A stretch of DNA of 64,000 nucleotides from Octopus sinensis (GCF_006345805.1 NC_043001.1:22754001-22818000), one strand, 5' to 3'; shown: positions 11,528-25,461, numbered from the stretch's first letter. Translations and numbers: made by a program. The notes: generated by a model not told the origin, from the sequence alone.

Positions 11528-12127
11528 AAGGAGTGCAAGGTGGTAATTGGAGTATGTATTGTTAATAAGGATAAGCCTCTCTAGTGTCATTAAGATGTCT
11601 AGAATATAGTTCGAGTAGTGTCATTAAGATGTTTAGAATTAGAAATAGAATGGTCAGTCCCACCCAGAAATGGGTAGAGAAGAAACCACCCCAGAAATGT
11701 CGAGTAGAGGTGACGAATGTCTACATTTATTCTGTTGTTTATTACAGCTTGATCGATTTGCCTTACCTCAAGTATAATCTGGCTACGCTGGAGCATCTGC
11801 TATTTCGCTTCTTGTGGAATGGACGCGTTCCATTAGTTAAAAGGTCCAAATCGTGCAAACGCCATTTACGCGGAGGGTTTGGTATGCTGTGGAAAATAAT
11901 GCAAAGGTATGCTCTGAAGCTGCGCCATCAGAAAAGATTTCAACTCAGTGAGAAGATGTGGGCGCCATTTGTGAAGCTGGTTTTCCGGTAGTGAGTCTCT
12001 TCGAAGGAGCTGCAGCTTTTTTGAATTAGCGAAAACTAAGACTGGGTGTCTGACATTTGTCAAACGCTCGTAATTGTGGATCAGTCGAGAAATGCAGTTG
12101 TTAAAACTTCCATGTTGGTTTCCTATA

Positions 12128-12626
12128 GGCGCAGGCGTGGTTGTGTGGTAGGGAGCTTGTTTCCCAATCACATAGTTCCAGGTTCAGTCCCACTGCGTGT
12201 TAGCTTGGGCAAGTCTCTTCTACTATAGCCTCGGGCCGACCAAAACCTTGTGAGTGGATTTGGTAGACGGAAAGTGAAAGAAGTCCGTCGTATACACACA
12301 TACACACACACACACACACACATATATGGAGGCGCAATGGCCCAGTGGTTAGGGCAGCGGATTCGCGGTTGTAGAATCGCGGTTTCGATTCCCAGACCGG
12401 GCGTTGTGAGTGTTTATTGAGCGAAAACACCTAAAGCTCCACGAGGCTCCGACAGGTGGTGGTGGCAATCCCTGCTGTACACTTTCGCCACAACTTTCTC
12501 TCACTCTTTCTTCTGTTGGTCTGCTCCCTTAGCCAGCGGGGTGGCGTCATTTGAAGGCTAAAACAATGCGAAGCGCATTGTGACCAGCGATGTGTAGCAA
12601 CATCTGATAGCCTGGTCGGTCACGGT

Positions 12627-12660
<34 letters not shown>

Positions 12661-12895
12661 ATGTCTGTGTGTGTGTTTGTGTATCTTTGAGTCTCGGTTT
12701 GTCCCCCACCACCGCTTGACAACCGGTGCTGGTGTGTTTACGTCCATGTAACTTAACGGTTCGTCAAAAGATATCAATAGAATAAGTATCAGGTTTTAAA
12801 AAAAGTCAGTACTGGGTTCGACTCATTCGACTAAAAAATTCTTCACGGCGATGCCCCAGCATGACCAAAGTCTAATGACTGATACAAAGAAAAGA
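12128..12895 (+). mobile_element. SINE family B with a family C SINE nested in its internal microsatellite
   Basis: B head 12128-12300 and B tail 12660-12895 flank the C insert. Confidence 0.85.
12328..12629 (+). mobile_element. SINE family C (tRNA-Arg-like head), tail type ending GGTCGGTCACG(G)TGAT
   Basis: GGAGGCGCAATGGCCCAGTGGTTAGGGCAGCGGA...GGTTTCGATTCCCAGACCGGGCG; homologue at 18550-18848. Confidence 0.85.
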
Positions 12896-13214
12896 TAAAG
12901 GAAAGGAAAAAGAAAAGAAGACGAGTGCTGGCGAAGGGATCGACGATGTTCTCGAGGAGAGTTTGGCCGTCGATAAAGATTAACTGAACTAAGTCTTTCG
13001 GAAGAATTTCAACTTGGGGACTAGGGACAACATCTGAAATACCTTTGCAGATACTACTACAAATGGGCATCAGTGTGGTTCGAGATAAACTCAACAAGCA
13101 ATTTACTGTTGTTAGTCGACACAGTACGAAATGTATGCAGGGCCACGAAACCATTCTATACAAATTCGTTCAGTGTCCGAATATTGCTGACTCGTGAAGT
13201 AATATCGAAGATAT

Positions 13215-13687
<473 letters not shown>

Positions 13688-13689
13688 TC

Positions 13690-13840
13690 TTGTTCCCGAT
13701 TTTTTTGTTGTTGTTCTTTTAATTCCTTTGTTTATATTGAACTATTTCGAAGTTTCTGTTTCCGCTTCGAAGTTGATTTCATAGATTATTTTTTACTTCC
13801 AGAGAGGAATACCTTCTTGTCATTTGAAACTCTTTTAGAG
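13690..13840 (+). repeat. Unclassified interspersed repeat fragment, inverted homologue at 18206-18370
   Basis: TGTTCCCGATTTTTTTGTTGT...GTTTATATTGAACT...CCTTCTTG(T/C)CATTTGAAACTCTTT in both copies. Confidence 0.6.
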
Positions 13841-14205
13841 AACAGCGTATGCCATAAAAGGGACACTGGGGTAGAACTATACGAGGCCCAGTATACCCAT
13901 CTGATAAGGATACACCGTCTGATAAGGATACACCAGGCAATGCATCACAACCCTAAGTGCGCGACATGGTGATCTCATTTCAAGATAAACAGCGCATGAA
14001 CTTGCAGGTGGGGCTCAGTTAGAATTTTCTTCAGGTCGAGTTGTCCATCCGCCTCAAAAGGTCCCTGAATAAGGTTTGTTTAAGGATGATGAACGAAATA
14101 CCCATGTTTTCAGAGGAGAATTATTCAAACTCCAAAGAATCCCTCTCAACACTTGACTATGATTCTCCCACACTGTTTCTGCTCGTGATGAGAGATGCAC
14201 ATATT
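13835..14205 (-). mobile_element. 5'-truncated copy of the retroposon at 61542-62086
   Basis: Reverse-complement homology, e.g. CATCACAACC...GCGACATGGTGATCTCAT...CAGTTAGAATTTTCTTC. Confidence 0.7.
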
Positions 14206-14815
14206 GTCAGGTTCTGAGTTCATATTCCGCCGAGGTCGACTTTGCCTTTCATCCTTTCGAAGTCGATAAAATAAATACCAGTTGAACACTTGGGGTCGAT
14301 GTAATCGGCTCATCCCTCTTCCCCAAATTTGCTGCCCTTGAGACAAAATTTGAAATCATAAGGTGGTGAGCTGGCAGAATCGTCAGCACGCAGAGAGAAA
14401 TGCTTAGCGGTATTTCGTCTGCCGCTACGTTCTGAGTTCAAATTCCGCCGAGGTCGACTTTGCCTTTCATCCTTTCGGGGTCGATTAAATAAGTACCAGT
14501 TACGCACTGGGTCGATATAATCGACTTAATCCGTTTGTCCTTGTTTGTCTCTTCTGTGTTTAGCCCCTTGTGGGTAGTAAAGAAATAGGTATTTCGTTCG
14601 TCTGTACGTTCTGAGTTCAAATTCCGCCGAGGTTGAATTTATCTTTCTTCCTTTCGGGGTCGATAAAATACGTTTTGAGTTCAAATTCCGTTGAGGTCTA
14701 CTATGCTTTTTATCCTTTCAGAGTCGTTAAAATAAGTACCCGTTGAGCATTGCGATCGATGTAATCAACTTACCCCCTCCTCCAAAATTGTTAGCTTTGT
14801 GTCTATTATAGAAAA
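14205..14815 (+). mobile_element. Cluster of SINE family A copies, including a dimer with junction at 14587/14588
   Basis: Repeated B-box GAGTTCAAATTCC and family A core; two tail types. Confidence 0.8.
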
Positions 14816-14872
14816 GATTTATTAAGATTGCGAGCTTGCAGAATCTTTAGAGCGTTAGACAAAATCATATAG

Positions 14873-15442
14873 TATTGGGTTGTCCGGAAAGTTCATACCG
14901 ATTTATAGTAGCTTACATTTCGACTTATTTTAGAACATGGTTGAGTTCAGAAAATAGGACTTGACTATACCTCCATTTAGAGCACAGTTTAAGCTATCTT
15001 TTCATGGAAGAAGGTTTATGTTCCTATAACCTGTGTTAATTCTGTAACCCTTTAAAATGAAAGATAAGAAAGTTGATTTTCAGCACTTGATGCTTTGGGA
15101 ACCAGACAAAAATTGCTGAAGCTCGGCTGGGATGTGTTACCCTACCCTCCATATTCATCAGATATTGCTCCTTCGGATTTCCACTTATTCAGGCCTCTGC
15201 AGAATAGTCTTAATGGTAAAAGTTTCAATTCCTTGGATGACGTAAAAAGATACCTTGATGAATTCTTTGCCATGAAACAACCTCAATTCTGGGAAGAGTG
15301 TATTTTCAAGTTAAAGGAAAGATGGAGACGCATTGTGTAACAAATTGGTTCATGTTTGGTTAATTAAAAATGTAATGGCAAGTATTTATTGACCTTTTTC
15401 TTTCCTTTAAAAATCGGCACGAACTTTCCGGACAACCTAATA
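14873..15442 (+). mobile_element. Internally deleted mariner element
   Basis: TIRs TTGGGTTGTCCGGAAAGTTC / GAACTTTCCGGACAACCTAA with TA TSD; transposase C-terminus LPYPPYSSDIAPSDFHLF...KLKERWRRIV at 15095-15340. Confidence 0.9.
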
Positions 15443-15697
15443 TTTATTGCGACTCTGGTTTGAATTTCCTTTTGCGGTCGATAAAATAAAGCATCGGTCA
15501 AGTACGGGACTTGATGGTATCGACTATTCTCCTACCCTCAAGACTGCTGGCTTTGTGCCAAAAATTGAAACGATTATTATTAATATTATGTGTTGCCGTG
15601 TATAGACGTTCTCGAGACATCCACATAAAGAAAAAAAGTTGGATTTTTACTGCATTATACTTAATGAAGGAAAATATCTTTTTGTTTGTTGTTTCAG

Positions 15698-15749
15698 TTT
15701 GTATACAAACGATTTCAGAACGATTTGGACGTCTACCGCTTTGCGTGGG
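15698..15749 (+). CDS. Candidate 52-nt plus-strand exon, FVYKRFQNDLDVYRFAW(G)
   Basis: Acceptor TCTTTTTGTTTGTTGTTTCAG and donor GGG|GTAAGA; open frame; protein not recognised. Confidence 0.3.
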
Positions 15750-16878
15750 GTAAGAAGAAAGAACCGTCTTTTAAACATGTATATTATTAAAAAAAATAAT
15801 GTTGCTTGCGAGTAATGTAATATGACTTCTTTTGTGGGAGTAGGAAGAGGTACGAGCAGGAATGAAGTTAGCACTGATTACGCTCCTAGAGAGAAAGAGG
15901 AGAGAGAGAGAGAGAGAGAGAGATATTTTTTTTTTGAAAACAATAACACGGCGTTTAAAAGAGAAAAAGAGAATCAGAAGAAGATAAAAAAAAACCCCAA
16001 AGAAAATGAATACAATTGAACAAGCAAACACAGCAGACATTTACAGTTTAACACATGAAAAAAAAAAAGATATTTCTAATCTATTATATAAATAACTACT
16101 GGAACTGTCAGTCTGTGTCATACACACGCACACACACATATACACAAACGTGCACACACATACATAAACAGACGCATATACATACACACGCCCTTGCATT
16201 CATTCTCCCCGTCTGCATATGTTTACACATATGCATGCTTATATATATATATATTCTTGTACTTATGTTTGTCGAAAATATTGTGCCGTCTGTCTCCCAC
16301 ATCCTCCTTCCCTCCCTCCCCCTCTCTCTCTAAATATAATGTGTCTATGCATGTATGCATTACGGTAGAGTTGTTAGAGCGTCTCATAAAATATCTCGAG
16401 TTATTCGTCCCGACGCTCAGCATCCTGAGTTCAAATCCCGCCGAGGTCAACCTTTGCCTTTCAGCTCTTCCGGTGTGTGTAAAATTAAGTACCCTTCTTC
16501 TTCTTCTTTGGATCTGGTGGTAGCCGGGTTTAGGGAGTTGTGGCGGGATACATGACTTTACCAGGCAGGCTTACCACACCACCAAAATTTTTCAAAAAAT
16601 TACCCTGGGTCCTATATGCAGAGTTGTTTTGAATATTACATGCTTTAATGCACTAAGAACAATTTTCCTGAATAAGTGCTGCTGAAATTGGGGTGCGTCT
16701 ATTGCACCCGTATGTCTTTTATACCATCAAATATTCAGCTGAGTAGACTTGAACAGCAGGGAATGATTTGCCTTATCCGCTGTACGGTTCAGGAATCGAA
16801 CTCACGTCCTACAGCGTTATGATCGTAAATCCAACACCGCAACACCTTTCACGCAGTCAGTACTCGGTTTACACGGTC

Positions 16879-17110
16879 AAAGGCGGCGAGCTGGCAGAAA
16901 CGTTAGCACGTCAGGCGAAATGCTTAGCGGTATTTCGTCTGCCGTTACGTTGTGAGTTCAAATTCCGCTGAGGTCGACTTTACCTTTCATCCTTTCGGAG
17001 TCGATAAATTAAGTACCAGTTACGCACTTTGGTCGATGCAATCGACTTAATACCTATGTCTGTCCTTGTTTGTCCCTTCTATGTTTAGCCCCTTGTGGGT
17101 AATAAAGAAA
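16879..17110 (+). mobile_element. SINE family A, full length
   Basis: GGCGGCGAGCTGGCAGAAACGTTAGC head through GGGTAATAAAGAAAT tail. Confidence 0.9.
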
Positions 17111-17556
17111 TGGGTTTACACGGTTCTTTTTATTGTATGGTTTCTCTTCAGAACGGTTTCTCCTCAGTACGGTTTTTGTTTGTGTCGAATGTTCCTTTGT
17201 TCTCTGTCTGTCTGTCTGTCTGTCTCTGTCTGTCTGTCTGTCTCTCTCTCTCTCAGTCGCACTTCACTTTACGTGTAGGGGAACAACACTTCGTTATTTC
17301 CGTTTCGACTTTTCATTTTCCTTTGATTATACATCTATACTCGTTTATCACGGTGGAGAGGGGTTGGTTCCAAAAAACACTGCAGTAAATGAATCAGTAA
17401 TCAATGAATAATAGAGCATATGGGCTGAGGTAGGTTTCGTTTTGAGATTCCAGGTTGTACCTAGCATTGGAGATGGTCATGGGGACGGTCCAAGTAGAAT
17501 CATTGACTGAGTTATTCCAGACCTGGGTTACTGCAGATCAATTCGTGACAAGCGTA

Positions 17557-18120
17557 ACACAGTTCATAATTTACGTACCATGTTATTCCTGATCAGTGAT
17601 GAATGAATCAGCGATAAACGGGGATAGATGTATTACATTTCATTCAATCGACACAGTTCATAATTTACGTACCATGTTATTCCTGATCAGTGATGAATGA
17701 ATCAGCGATAAACGGGGATAGATGTATTACATTTCATTCAATCGACACAGTTCATAATTTACGTACCATGTTATTCCTGATCAGTGATGAATGAATCAGC
17801 GATAATCGGGGATAGATGTATTACATTTCATTCAATCGACACAGTTCATAATTTACGTACCATGTTATTCCTGATCAGTGATGAATGAATCAGCGATAAA
17901 CGGGGATAGATGTATTACATTTCATTCAATCGACACAGTTCATAATTTACGTACCATGTTATTCCTGATCAGTGATGAATGAATCAGCGATAAACGGGGA
18001 TAGATGTATTACATTTCATTCAATCGACACAGTTCATAATTTACGTACCATGTTATTCCTGATCAGTGATGAATGAATCAGCGATAATCGGGGATAGATG
18101 TATTACATTTCATTCAATCG
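17557..18120. repeat. 94-bp tandem array of 6 copies with 3-unit higher-order structure
   Basis: Units start at 17557, 17651, 17745, 17839, 17933 and 18027; the only variant I found is GATAAACGG versus GATAATCGG, in the pattern A,A,T,A,A,T. Confidence 0.95.
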
Positions 18121-18549
18121 ACAGAAAGTTAGACCGCACTCTGAACTACCGATTATGTTGGAATTATTTGTTCTTAATATTCTTTTAGACATCTTCGAGG
18201 TTTTGAATTAAAGAGTTTCAAATGGCAAGAAGGTATGCCTTCCTGGAAGTAAAAAAAAATAACCTATGAAATCAATTTCGATGTGGAAGCGGCTCAACAG
18301 AAACTTCGAAATAAGTTCAATATAAACAAAGAAAATAAAAGAACCACAACAAAAAAATCGGGAACAGTATACTCGTTGCATCTTTAGTAACTTTAAAACA
18401 CACACCATACATACGACCTAACATTATAGAAGCAATGGGAAAACTCTGTTACTTTAAGAAGAAGATAAAACCCAATATCACGACAGTATATTATATATAA
18501 TATAAAGCAACATTATATCATATTATATTATATATTATATATATTATAT

Positions 18550-18848
18550 ATCACGTGATCACGTGACCGACCAGACCATCAGATGTTGTTACACATCGCT
18601 GGTCACAATGCGTTCGCATTGTTTTAACCTTTGAATGACGCCACCCCGCTGGCTAAGCGAGCAGGCCAACAGAAGAAAGAGTGGTGAAAGAGTACAGCAG
18701 GGATCACCTACCCCTGCCCCTGCCGGAGGCTCGTGGAGCTTTTAGGTGTTTTCGCTCAATAAACACACACAACGCCCGGTCTGGTAATCGAAACCGCGAT
18801 CCTCCGACCGCGAGTCCGCTGCCCTAACCACTGGGCCATTGCGCCTCC
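18550..18848 (-). mobile_element. SINE family C
   Basis: Reverse complement of the 12328-12629 type; flanked by (TA)n. Confidence 0.9.
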
Positions 18849-18856
18849 ATATATTA

Positions 18857-18901
<45 letters not shown>

Positions 18902-18923
18902 TATATATATATTATATATATAT

Positions 18924-18997
<74 letters not shown>

Positions 18998-19015
18998 TAT
19001 ATAAATATTATATAT

Positions 19016-19410
19016 AGGCGCGGGAGTGGCTGTGTGGTAAGTAGCTTGCTTACCTACAACACAGTTCCGGGTTCAGTCCCACTGCGTGGCACCTTGGGCA
19101 AGTGTCTTCTACTATAGCCTCGGGCCGACCAAAGCCATATTAATGGGTTTGGTAGATCGAAACTGAAAGAAGCCCGTCGTATATATGTATATGTATTTAT
19201 ATATATATGTGTGTGTGTTTGTCCCCCCAACATCGCTTGACAACCGTTGCTGGTGTGTTTATGTCCCCGTAACTTAGTGGTTCGGCAAAATTGAGCGATA
19301 AAATAAGTACCAGGCTTACAAAGAATAAGTCCTGGGGTCGATTTGCTCGACTAAAAGGCGGTGCTCCAGCATGGCCACAGTCAAATGACTGAAACAAGTA
19401 AAAGAGTAAA
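19016..19410 (+). mobile_element. SINE family B
   Basis: Full head, CORE-like part and tail. Confidence 0.9.
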
Positions 19411-20929
19411 TGAATGAACGAATATTCTTTTATTCGTTTACTTGTTTCAGTCATTAGATTGCGGCCATGCAATTAGTCAAACCAATCGACCCCTAGTACT
19501 TATTTTTGTAAAGTCTGATATTACAATACTTGGAACTATTTCACCTACATATTCACTTAGATTTCTGTAAAGAAATGAAATTTCATCATTTGTCCCAAAT
19601 CAGCGAAACGAAGACCTTATAACTTGGCTTATTCTGATTATTCTGCGATACGAAATTCTTTCACTTAATTAGGTATATTCAGCAGTAACTATGCTATCGA
19701 AACTTTACTTTCAAACTGTGTTTTCTTCTTTTTAGAACAATACGATTTTCTATTATTTTCCCCCCTTCTTCGTCTGCAATTTTCTTTTCTTGAGATAATG
19801 CTGGAGTTGTTTTCTTCTAAATTTCCCTTCAACTTCAAGAATACTCGTTGATGTTCGCTATGACCTTAACCGCTAAAAGTACACAAAACTTGTTTAATCT
19901 TTTTCATATCATTTTTTAAAATCGGAACTAAATGGAAAAAAAAAGCAAAGGGCGGGGGACACCCCTGAGTTATGGATATTGTAAACCAAAAAACACTTAT
20001 GATTAGTTTTATTTTTTTTTCAAGCAGTTTAATTTGTTTAATATTTCGGATGAGATAAATGGGGTCTAAAAACAGAAATGTGCTAATGGAATATATAAAT
20101 ATACCAACGAGCTAACTGGAGCATACTTTCTACTTACCTATCTACTTGTACTCACTGCGGCAGTAAATTATATTCTAAAAACTGGAACTTGCCTTCTTAT
20201 CCTGAAATAAATGATATGCAACCAATGATTTCTGCAAATCCATGCCAAAGTTGTAAACTCTCGGACCGAATGAGATATTAGTTACGGGTTGAATTTCTTC
20301 TTAATTAGATATAAAAACAAACGAATAAATTAAATTTGTTAATCGATTATACGGTGGCTTTGAAAGTTTTAGCTTCGAATTTCATTAATTTTCCAACATT
20401 AGTCAAAACAAACTTTAAAAAAAATGTTTTTACAAATGAAAATAAAAAAGGAAACGAAAATACACGACATTCATTTTGCGTATCTCATTAACATAACAGA
20501 TAACGAAATGTTTATAAGCAACCATAAACTAATGCAAATTCTTTTGATTAAGTTATTAAACAACTGACACATTTGAGCGAGCACCAATATTACTGATAGA
20601 TTATTTCCGGTAGGGGAGATTGATACTCGTCGGTAAATAGCAGATTGTACTTTACGAAAATAGAGCGGTCGGCGAATGGTGTTGAACGATGTGTTTTCAA
20701 CATAGCGATGGTAAGTTAAGGGATCCGGTTGAATGTAAACAGTTTCTGATAATAGGATGTGCTTGTATAAACAACCAGTTATTGAGAAGCTGACGCTTTC
20801 GCGAACATTCAAACGTATAGCGTTTCTTAAGAGATCTGCATTGGTCTCCGCGAAAAAGACATCGCTTCAAGTTGTCAACGTATTAAATACTCAATTAGCA
20901 ATTGTTGCTTTCTGTTCCAACACAATTAC

Positions 20930-20965
20930 CTTTATTTTTAGCTTTATCTTCCTTACTCTTCTCCC
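20930..20965 (-). CDS. Candidate 36-nt exon (GRRVRKIKLKIK in phase 0, or EKSKEDKAKNK in phase 1)
   Basis: Acceptor ATTATTTTTGAACACAG and donor AAG|GTAATT; lies in a 1.6-kb repeat-poor block. Confidence 0.3.
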
Positions 20966-21154
20966 CTGTGTTCAAAAATAATCCCTTTCAGCTTTCTCGT
21001 TAAATGTATCATCGTTTTGCATGTTTATATTTTCTTTATTCCTTCTAAACTTGGTTGAAGTAGGGTGTGTTCAAGTATAGCATCTCATTTCCGATATCGT
21101 TAAAAGGGTTGGCACTTATATATATATATATTCTTTTATTCTTTTGTTCTTTTA

Positions 21155-21441
21155 TTCTTTTATTTGTTTCAGTCATTTGACTGCGACCATGCTGGAGCAC
21201 CGCCTTTAGTCGAGCAAATCAACACCAGGACTTATTCTTTGAAAGCCTAGTATTTATTTTATCGGTCTCTCTTGTCGAACCACCAAGTGACGAGGATGCA
21301 AACACACCAGCATCGGTTGTCAAGCGATGTTGGGGGGACAAACACAGACACACAAACTTATACATACACACACACATATATACATACATACATACATACA
21401 TACATACATACATACACACACCCATATAAATATAAATATAT

Positions 21442-21479
<38 letters not shown>

Positions 21480-21640
21480 CGACGGGCTTCTTTCAGTTTC
21501 CGTCTACCAAATCCACTCACAGGGCTTTGGTCGGCCCGAGGCTATGGTAACAGATACTTGGCCAAGGTGCCACGCAGTGGGACTGAACCCCCGGAACAAT
21601 ATGGTTGGTAAGCAAGCTACTTACCACACAGCCACTCCTA
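21155..21640 (-). mobile_element. SINE family B
   Basis: Family match. Confidence 0.85.
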
Positions 21641-22084
21641 TATATATATATGAAGAAGCAACAAAGACAAACATACAAATTGCTTTGCTAACTAACAACT
21701 ATCATTATAGTACACGTTACGTTCATTACATCCAGGAAAATTAATCTGACATAATTTCCATTTTTCTTACTTTCTGTTGGTACCTGGTGTAAAAACAACA
21801 ACAAACAAAAAGCAAGTGATGTTAATATTTGCTTTCCTCTTTATCACTCCGTAAATCTATGACATCGTTTACGTCAATATTTACAGTTTCCTCAAGCTCT
21901 CTTCCTCTTTTGTCTCTGCAACTTAATGCAACTTATTCTCAGCGAAGCATAAAACAGCGCAAGTAGAATGAATCTCTTACGCAACGCATAAAACATGTAC
22001 CATTTATCCGAAGGTTTTAAAAAGTAATAAAGTGTATTAAGACGATTTCTCGAATTCCTTTAATCACTTGTATACATGCGTATG

Positions 22085-22300
22085 CTCATACATACATACA
22101 TACATACATACATACATACATACATACATACATACATACATACATACATACATACATACATACATACACACACACACAAACAAACACATACATACATACA
22201 TACATACATACATACATACATACATACATACATACATACATACATACATACAACATACATACATACATACATACATACATACATACATACATACATACAT
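22085..22300. repeat. (CATA)n microsatellite
   Basis: Direct reading. Confidence 0.95.
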
Positions 22301-22666
22301 AAAAACATGTCTTTCTTTGTACATCTTAATTAATGTGTATACACACACAAATGCATGCACGCCCACACTCATATATATCTAAGTGTCAATATATACTTGA
22401 GAGGGTATGCGTTGTGAATATATATATATATATATGTATGTATATAAATAAATAAACACATAAATAAACAGTCATATGCATAACCGAGTCTGTCGGTTCG
22501 ATCCTCATTCCAACCTGCCAAAGACACCTTCATGGGGTCTAATTTCACAGTACACTCTTACCACACACATTGTTGACGTCATAAAAAATTTAACTTTCGA
22601 GGGAACGTGGAATGAATCGTTTTCAGAATAACATATCTCAAAGCACACACATAAAGCTATGAGTAA

Positions 22667-22892
22667 CAGTATGTAAGTATTGGATTGAAAACCCCTTTTG
22701 GATAGAAAAAGCCGAAGGCTACTCGTGGGACTCGAACCAACATTTCCCACAGACAAGACAGGCATTCTACCATTGTACCAAAGCAATACTTTGAATTTTT
22801 TTTACCTATGCTTACAGGAGATGTGGGTTCGAATTTCAAGAGCAAATTTCGACTTTTTCTGTCCATAAGGGGTTTTCAAGCCAGTATTTACT
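22667..22892. mobile_element. Back-to-back pair of a rare tRNA-derived repeat
   Basis: Minus copy has A-box TGGTACAATGGTAG and B-box GGTTCGAGTCCC at 22718-22784; the plus copy shares GGTTCGA...CTTTTTCT.TCCA.AAGGGGTTTTCAA.CCA. Confidence 0.55.
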
Positions 22893-23214
22893 CGCTTGTT
22901 TTGTCCTCACTGTCCTGTTCTTGTTACCACTTTCACCCTCCGCAAAAAATCCCAAATTTTATTTAATTTGCTTTGCGGGAAGGATTGTTTCAACGAAGTC
23001 GCGTATTGTCCTTGCATTCGGAACGCGGTGTAAATAAAACAGGGACAACTGAAGAAGGGGGATATTCTTTATGTTGCACGTCTCGTTTATTTTTTTCGTT
23101 GTTCGAGAAACCGTTCGTTTCTATGTTTTTCTTTTTATGATTTCGTTTCTCATTGTGTTCAACGTTTTTTTGATGTCCTGTACCCATATATGCATGTATA
23201 TATACATATATATG

Positions 23215-23280
23215 TAGGGGGGACAAACACAGACACAAACAAACACACACACACACACACACACACCACACACACACACA

Positions 23281-23352
<72 letters not shown>

Positions 23353-23523
23353 CATATACGACGGGCTTCTTTCATTTTTCGTCTTCCAAATCTACTCACA
23401 AGGCTTTGGTCGGCCCGAGGCTATAGTAGAAGACACTTTCCCAAGGAGCCACGCAATGGGACTGAACTCAGAACCATGTGGTTGGTAAGCAAGATACTTA
23501 CCATACAGCCACTCCTGCGTCTA
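23215..23523 (-). mobile_element. SINE family B, 5' half
   Basis: Head and CORE-like part present; tail replaced by other sequence. Confidence 0.8.
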
Positions 23524-24544
23524 TATTAGTAAAGGATGTGTAAAAGGCTAAAGACCCCTTACATCATGATTGACCATGGGATTGCACATAGAAAGTTTTC
23601 CTGCAAGGCACAAGTCCGGGCAAGGTTGTTTATGGAAGATTAGCAGTCACCCATGCATATCAACTTCCCCTTTCTATGCCACTGATGTTATCCAAGGGAA
23701 AGGCAAAGGCCGATACAGCTTGGCACCAGTGACGTCACAGCTCATTTCTAGAGCTGAGAGAACTGGAGCTGAAAAAATCGTAGGAAATCATGTGGCTGAG
23801 TTTGCTAAGTTCTCAAGCAAGCAAGCAGAGCGAAAAGGGACTGTAAGATCACCCACACTACTTGGTAACTATAAAGGTTATGACTAAAGTGTTGCTGAAT
23901 ATTACATAAAAATTACAAAAGGACCTCACAGTAAATTCGGTTTCTGTACTGAGCTGTAGAAAGAGATGGTTGCATATTTACTGTGCACCTTTCAAAATAT
24001 CTTCCTCCGTCAACAGCAGATGATGGTAATAAGGATGTTGACGACGATGATGATGGTGATGATGATGATGATGGTGATGATGGTGTTGAGGATGTTGACG
24101 AGCCAGAAGATAATGCACCTTATCATCTCAGTAACTGTCATTGCACCATTACCTATCACACAGTAGTCGACATCATTTGCGGCGAGTGTGTGTGTGTGTG
24201 TGTGTGTGGTGTGTGTGTGTGTGTGTGTGTGTGATTTATGTATATATGTATATGAACACACACACATATACATACATCTACATATATTCATATGCAGGCA
24301 TCCACCGCGTTGAAAGCTTCCACTGCCTGACTCTATGTGATTATACATCAACTTTAAGCACGCACACACATTAGAAGGTTTTAAACACGAACATTTTGTG
24401 AGAAATACATTTGGGAATATATAAACCTATAATATTATGATTAAGTTGTAGTTTTATTTATTCCCTAATGTATTCCTCTGAAAATAGTTTTGTGCATACA
24501 TTTATACATACTGTAACGTGTGAGCGCTTAAAATTACTGTTTTA

Positions 24545-24596
<52 letters not shown>

Positions 24597-24741
24597 CAGG
24601 CGGTGCATGCATATTCATATATAGACATACACATTCAGTAATGTGGTGTATGTTTCTCTCTCTCTATCCCTCTCTCTGTATAAATATATATATGTGGGGT
24701 GTGTGTGCATACATACATACATACATACATACATACATACA

Positions 24742-24775
<34 letters not shown>

Positions 24776-24898
24776 CACACAGACACATATATATGCATGC
24801 ATGTATTTATGTGTGTGTATATATATATGTACAGAGAGAGAGACATATATATATATATATTATATATATGAAAAAGATATATATATATATATATATAT

Positions 24899-24945
<47 letters not shown>

Positions 24946-25461
24946 TGAAGCATCCTCCATGTTATAGAATATGTGCCTATACATGCATCCACCGCTCATT
25001 GCCTTTGTCCACTGTCTAAAACACTCATGGCTAAACTGTGGCCTGCACGTGACTTTCTGCATGAAAAATTACCTTGAATTATTTTTAGTAGTGTGGTGTA
25101 CCTGGCTGAGCCATGTCTGATGCGGCCCACTTCTCGAAAGAAGTTGTCTATGCCTGGTTTAAAATGTAAACTCTCATACATTAAAGTATATATATATATA
25201 GACCAGAGTGTACGTATGCCGCTATATGTTTTATATATAAAAAATACAAAAAAAGGGACAACAAAACATCCAGATAGACGATACAAAGAAAACAAGAACG
25301 GATCATTAGATTTTTCTTTCCTCAGTCGAGTTCCAGACTATCTTTGCAATTTCGGCTGGTTATACTTGAGATTGCTCCAATCTAGCCAATCTGGATGTTT
25401 TGTTGTCCCTTTTTTGTATCACCTAACTGTCTGGATGTTTTGCGTTCTTATCCCATTTTAA

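Larger units (their letters stand above)
11740..13200 (+). mobile_element. L1/Tx1-clade LINE ORF2 C-terminal remnant, interrupted by SINEs
   Basis: LFRFLWNGRVPLVKRSKSCKRHLRGGFGMLW resembles the L1/Tx1 post-RT region; GHETILYKFVQCPNI (about 13140-13190) resembles the C-terminal zinc knuckle. Confidence 0.65.

Noticed and set aside
12328-12400. tRNA genes at SINE heads
   Set aside because: Cloverleaves are disrupted and each head continues into a SINE core.
17557-18120. CRISPR-like array or tandem C/D snoRNA cluster (CTGA and GTGATGA in each unit)
   Set aside because: There are no unique spacers. The C/D-like words abut each other and the flanks do not form the terminal stem needed for a kink-turn.
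20139-20201. Minus-strand exon with a TTTCAG acceptor and two donors
   Set aside because: Stops in all three frames from the main acceptor; at best non-coding.
23030-23125. CTGAAGA...GAAACCGTTCGTT as an active hammerhead
   Set aside because: No convincing stem II or stem I, and only a 2-bp stem III with a U at the cleavage position.
23983-24234. Acidic D-rich ORF
   Set aside because: A degenerate (GAT)n tract running into (GT)n.
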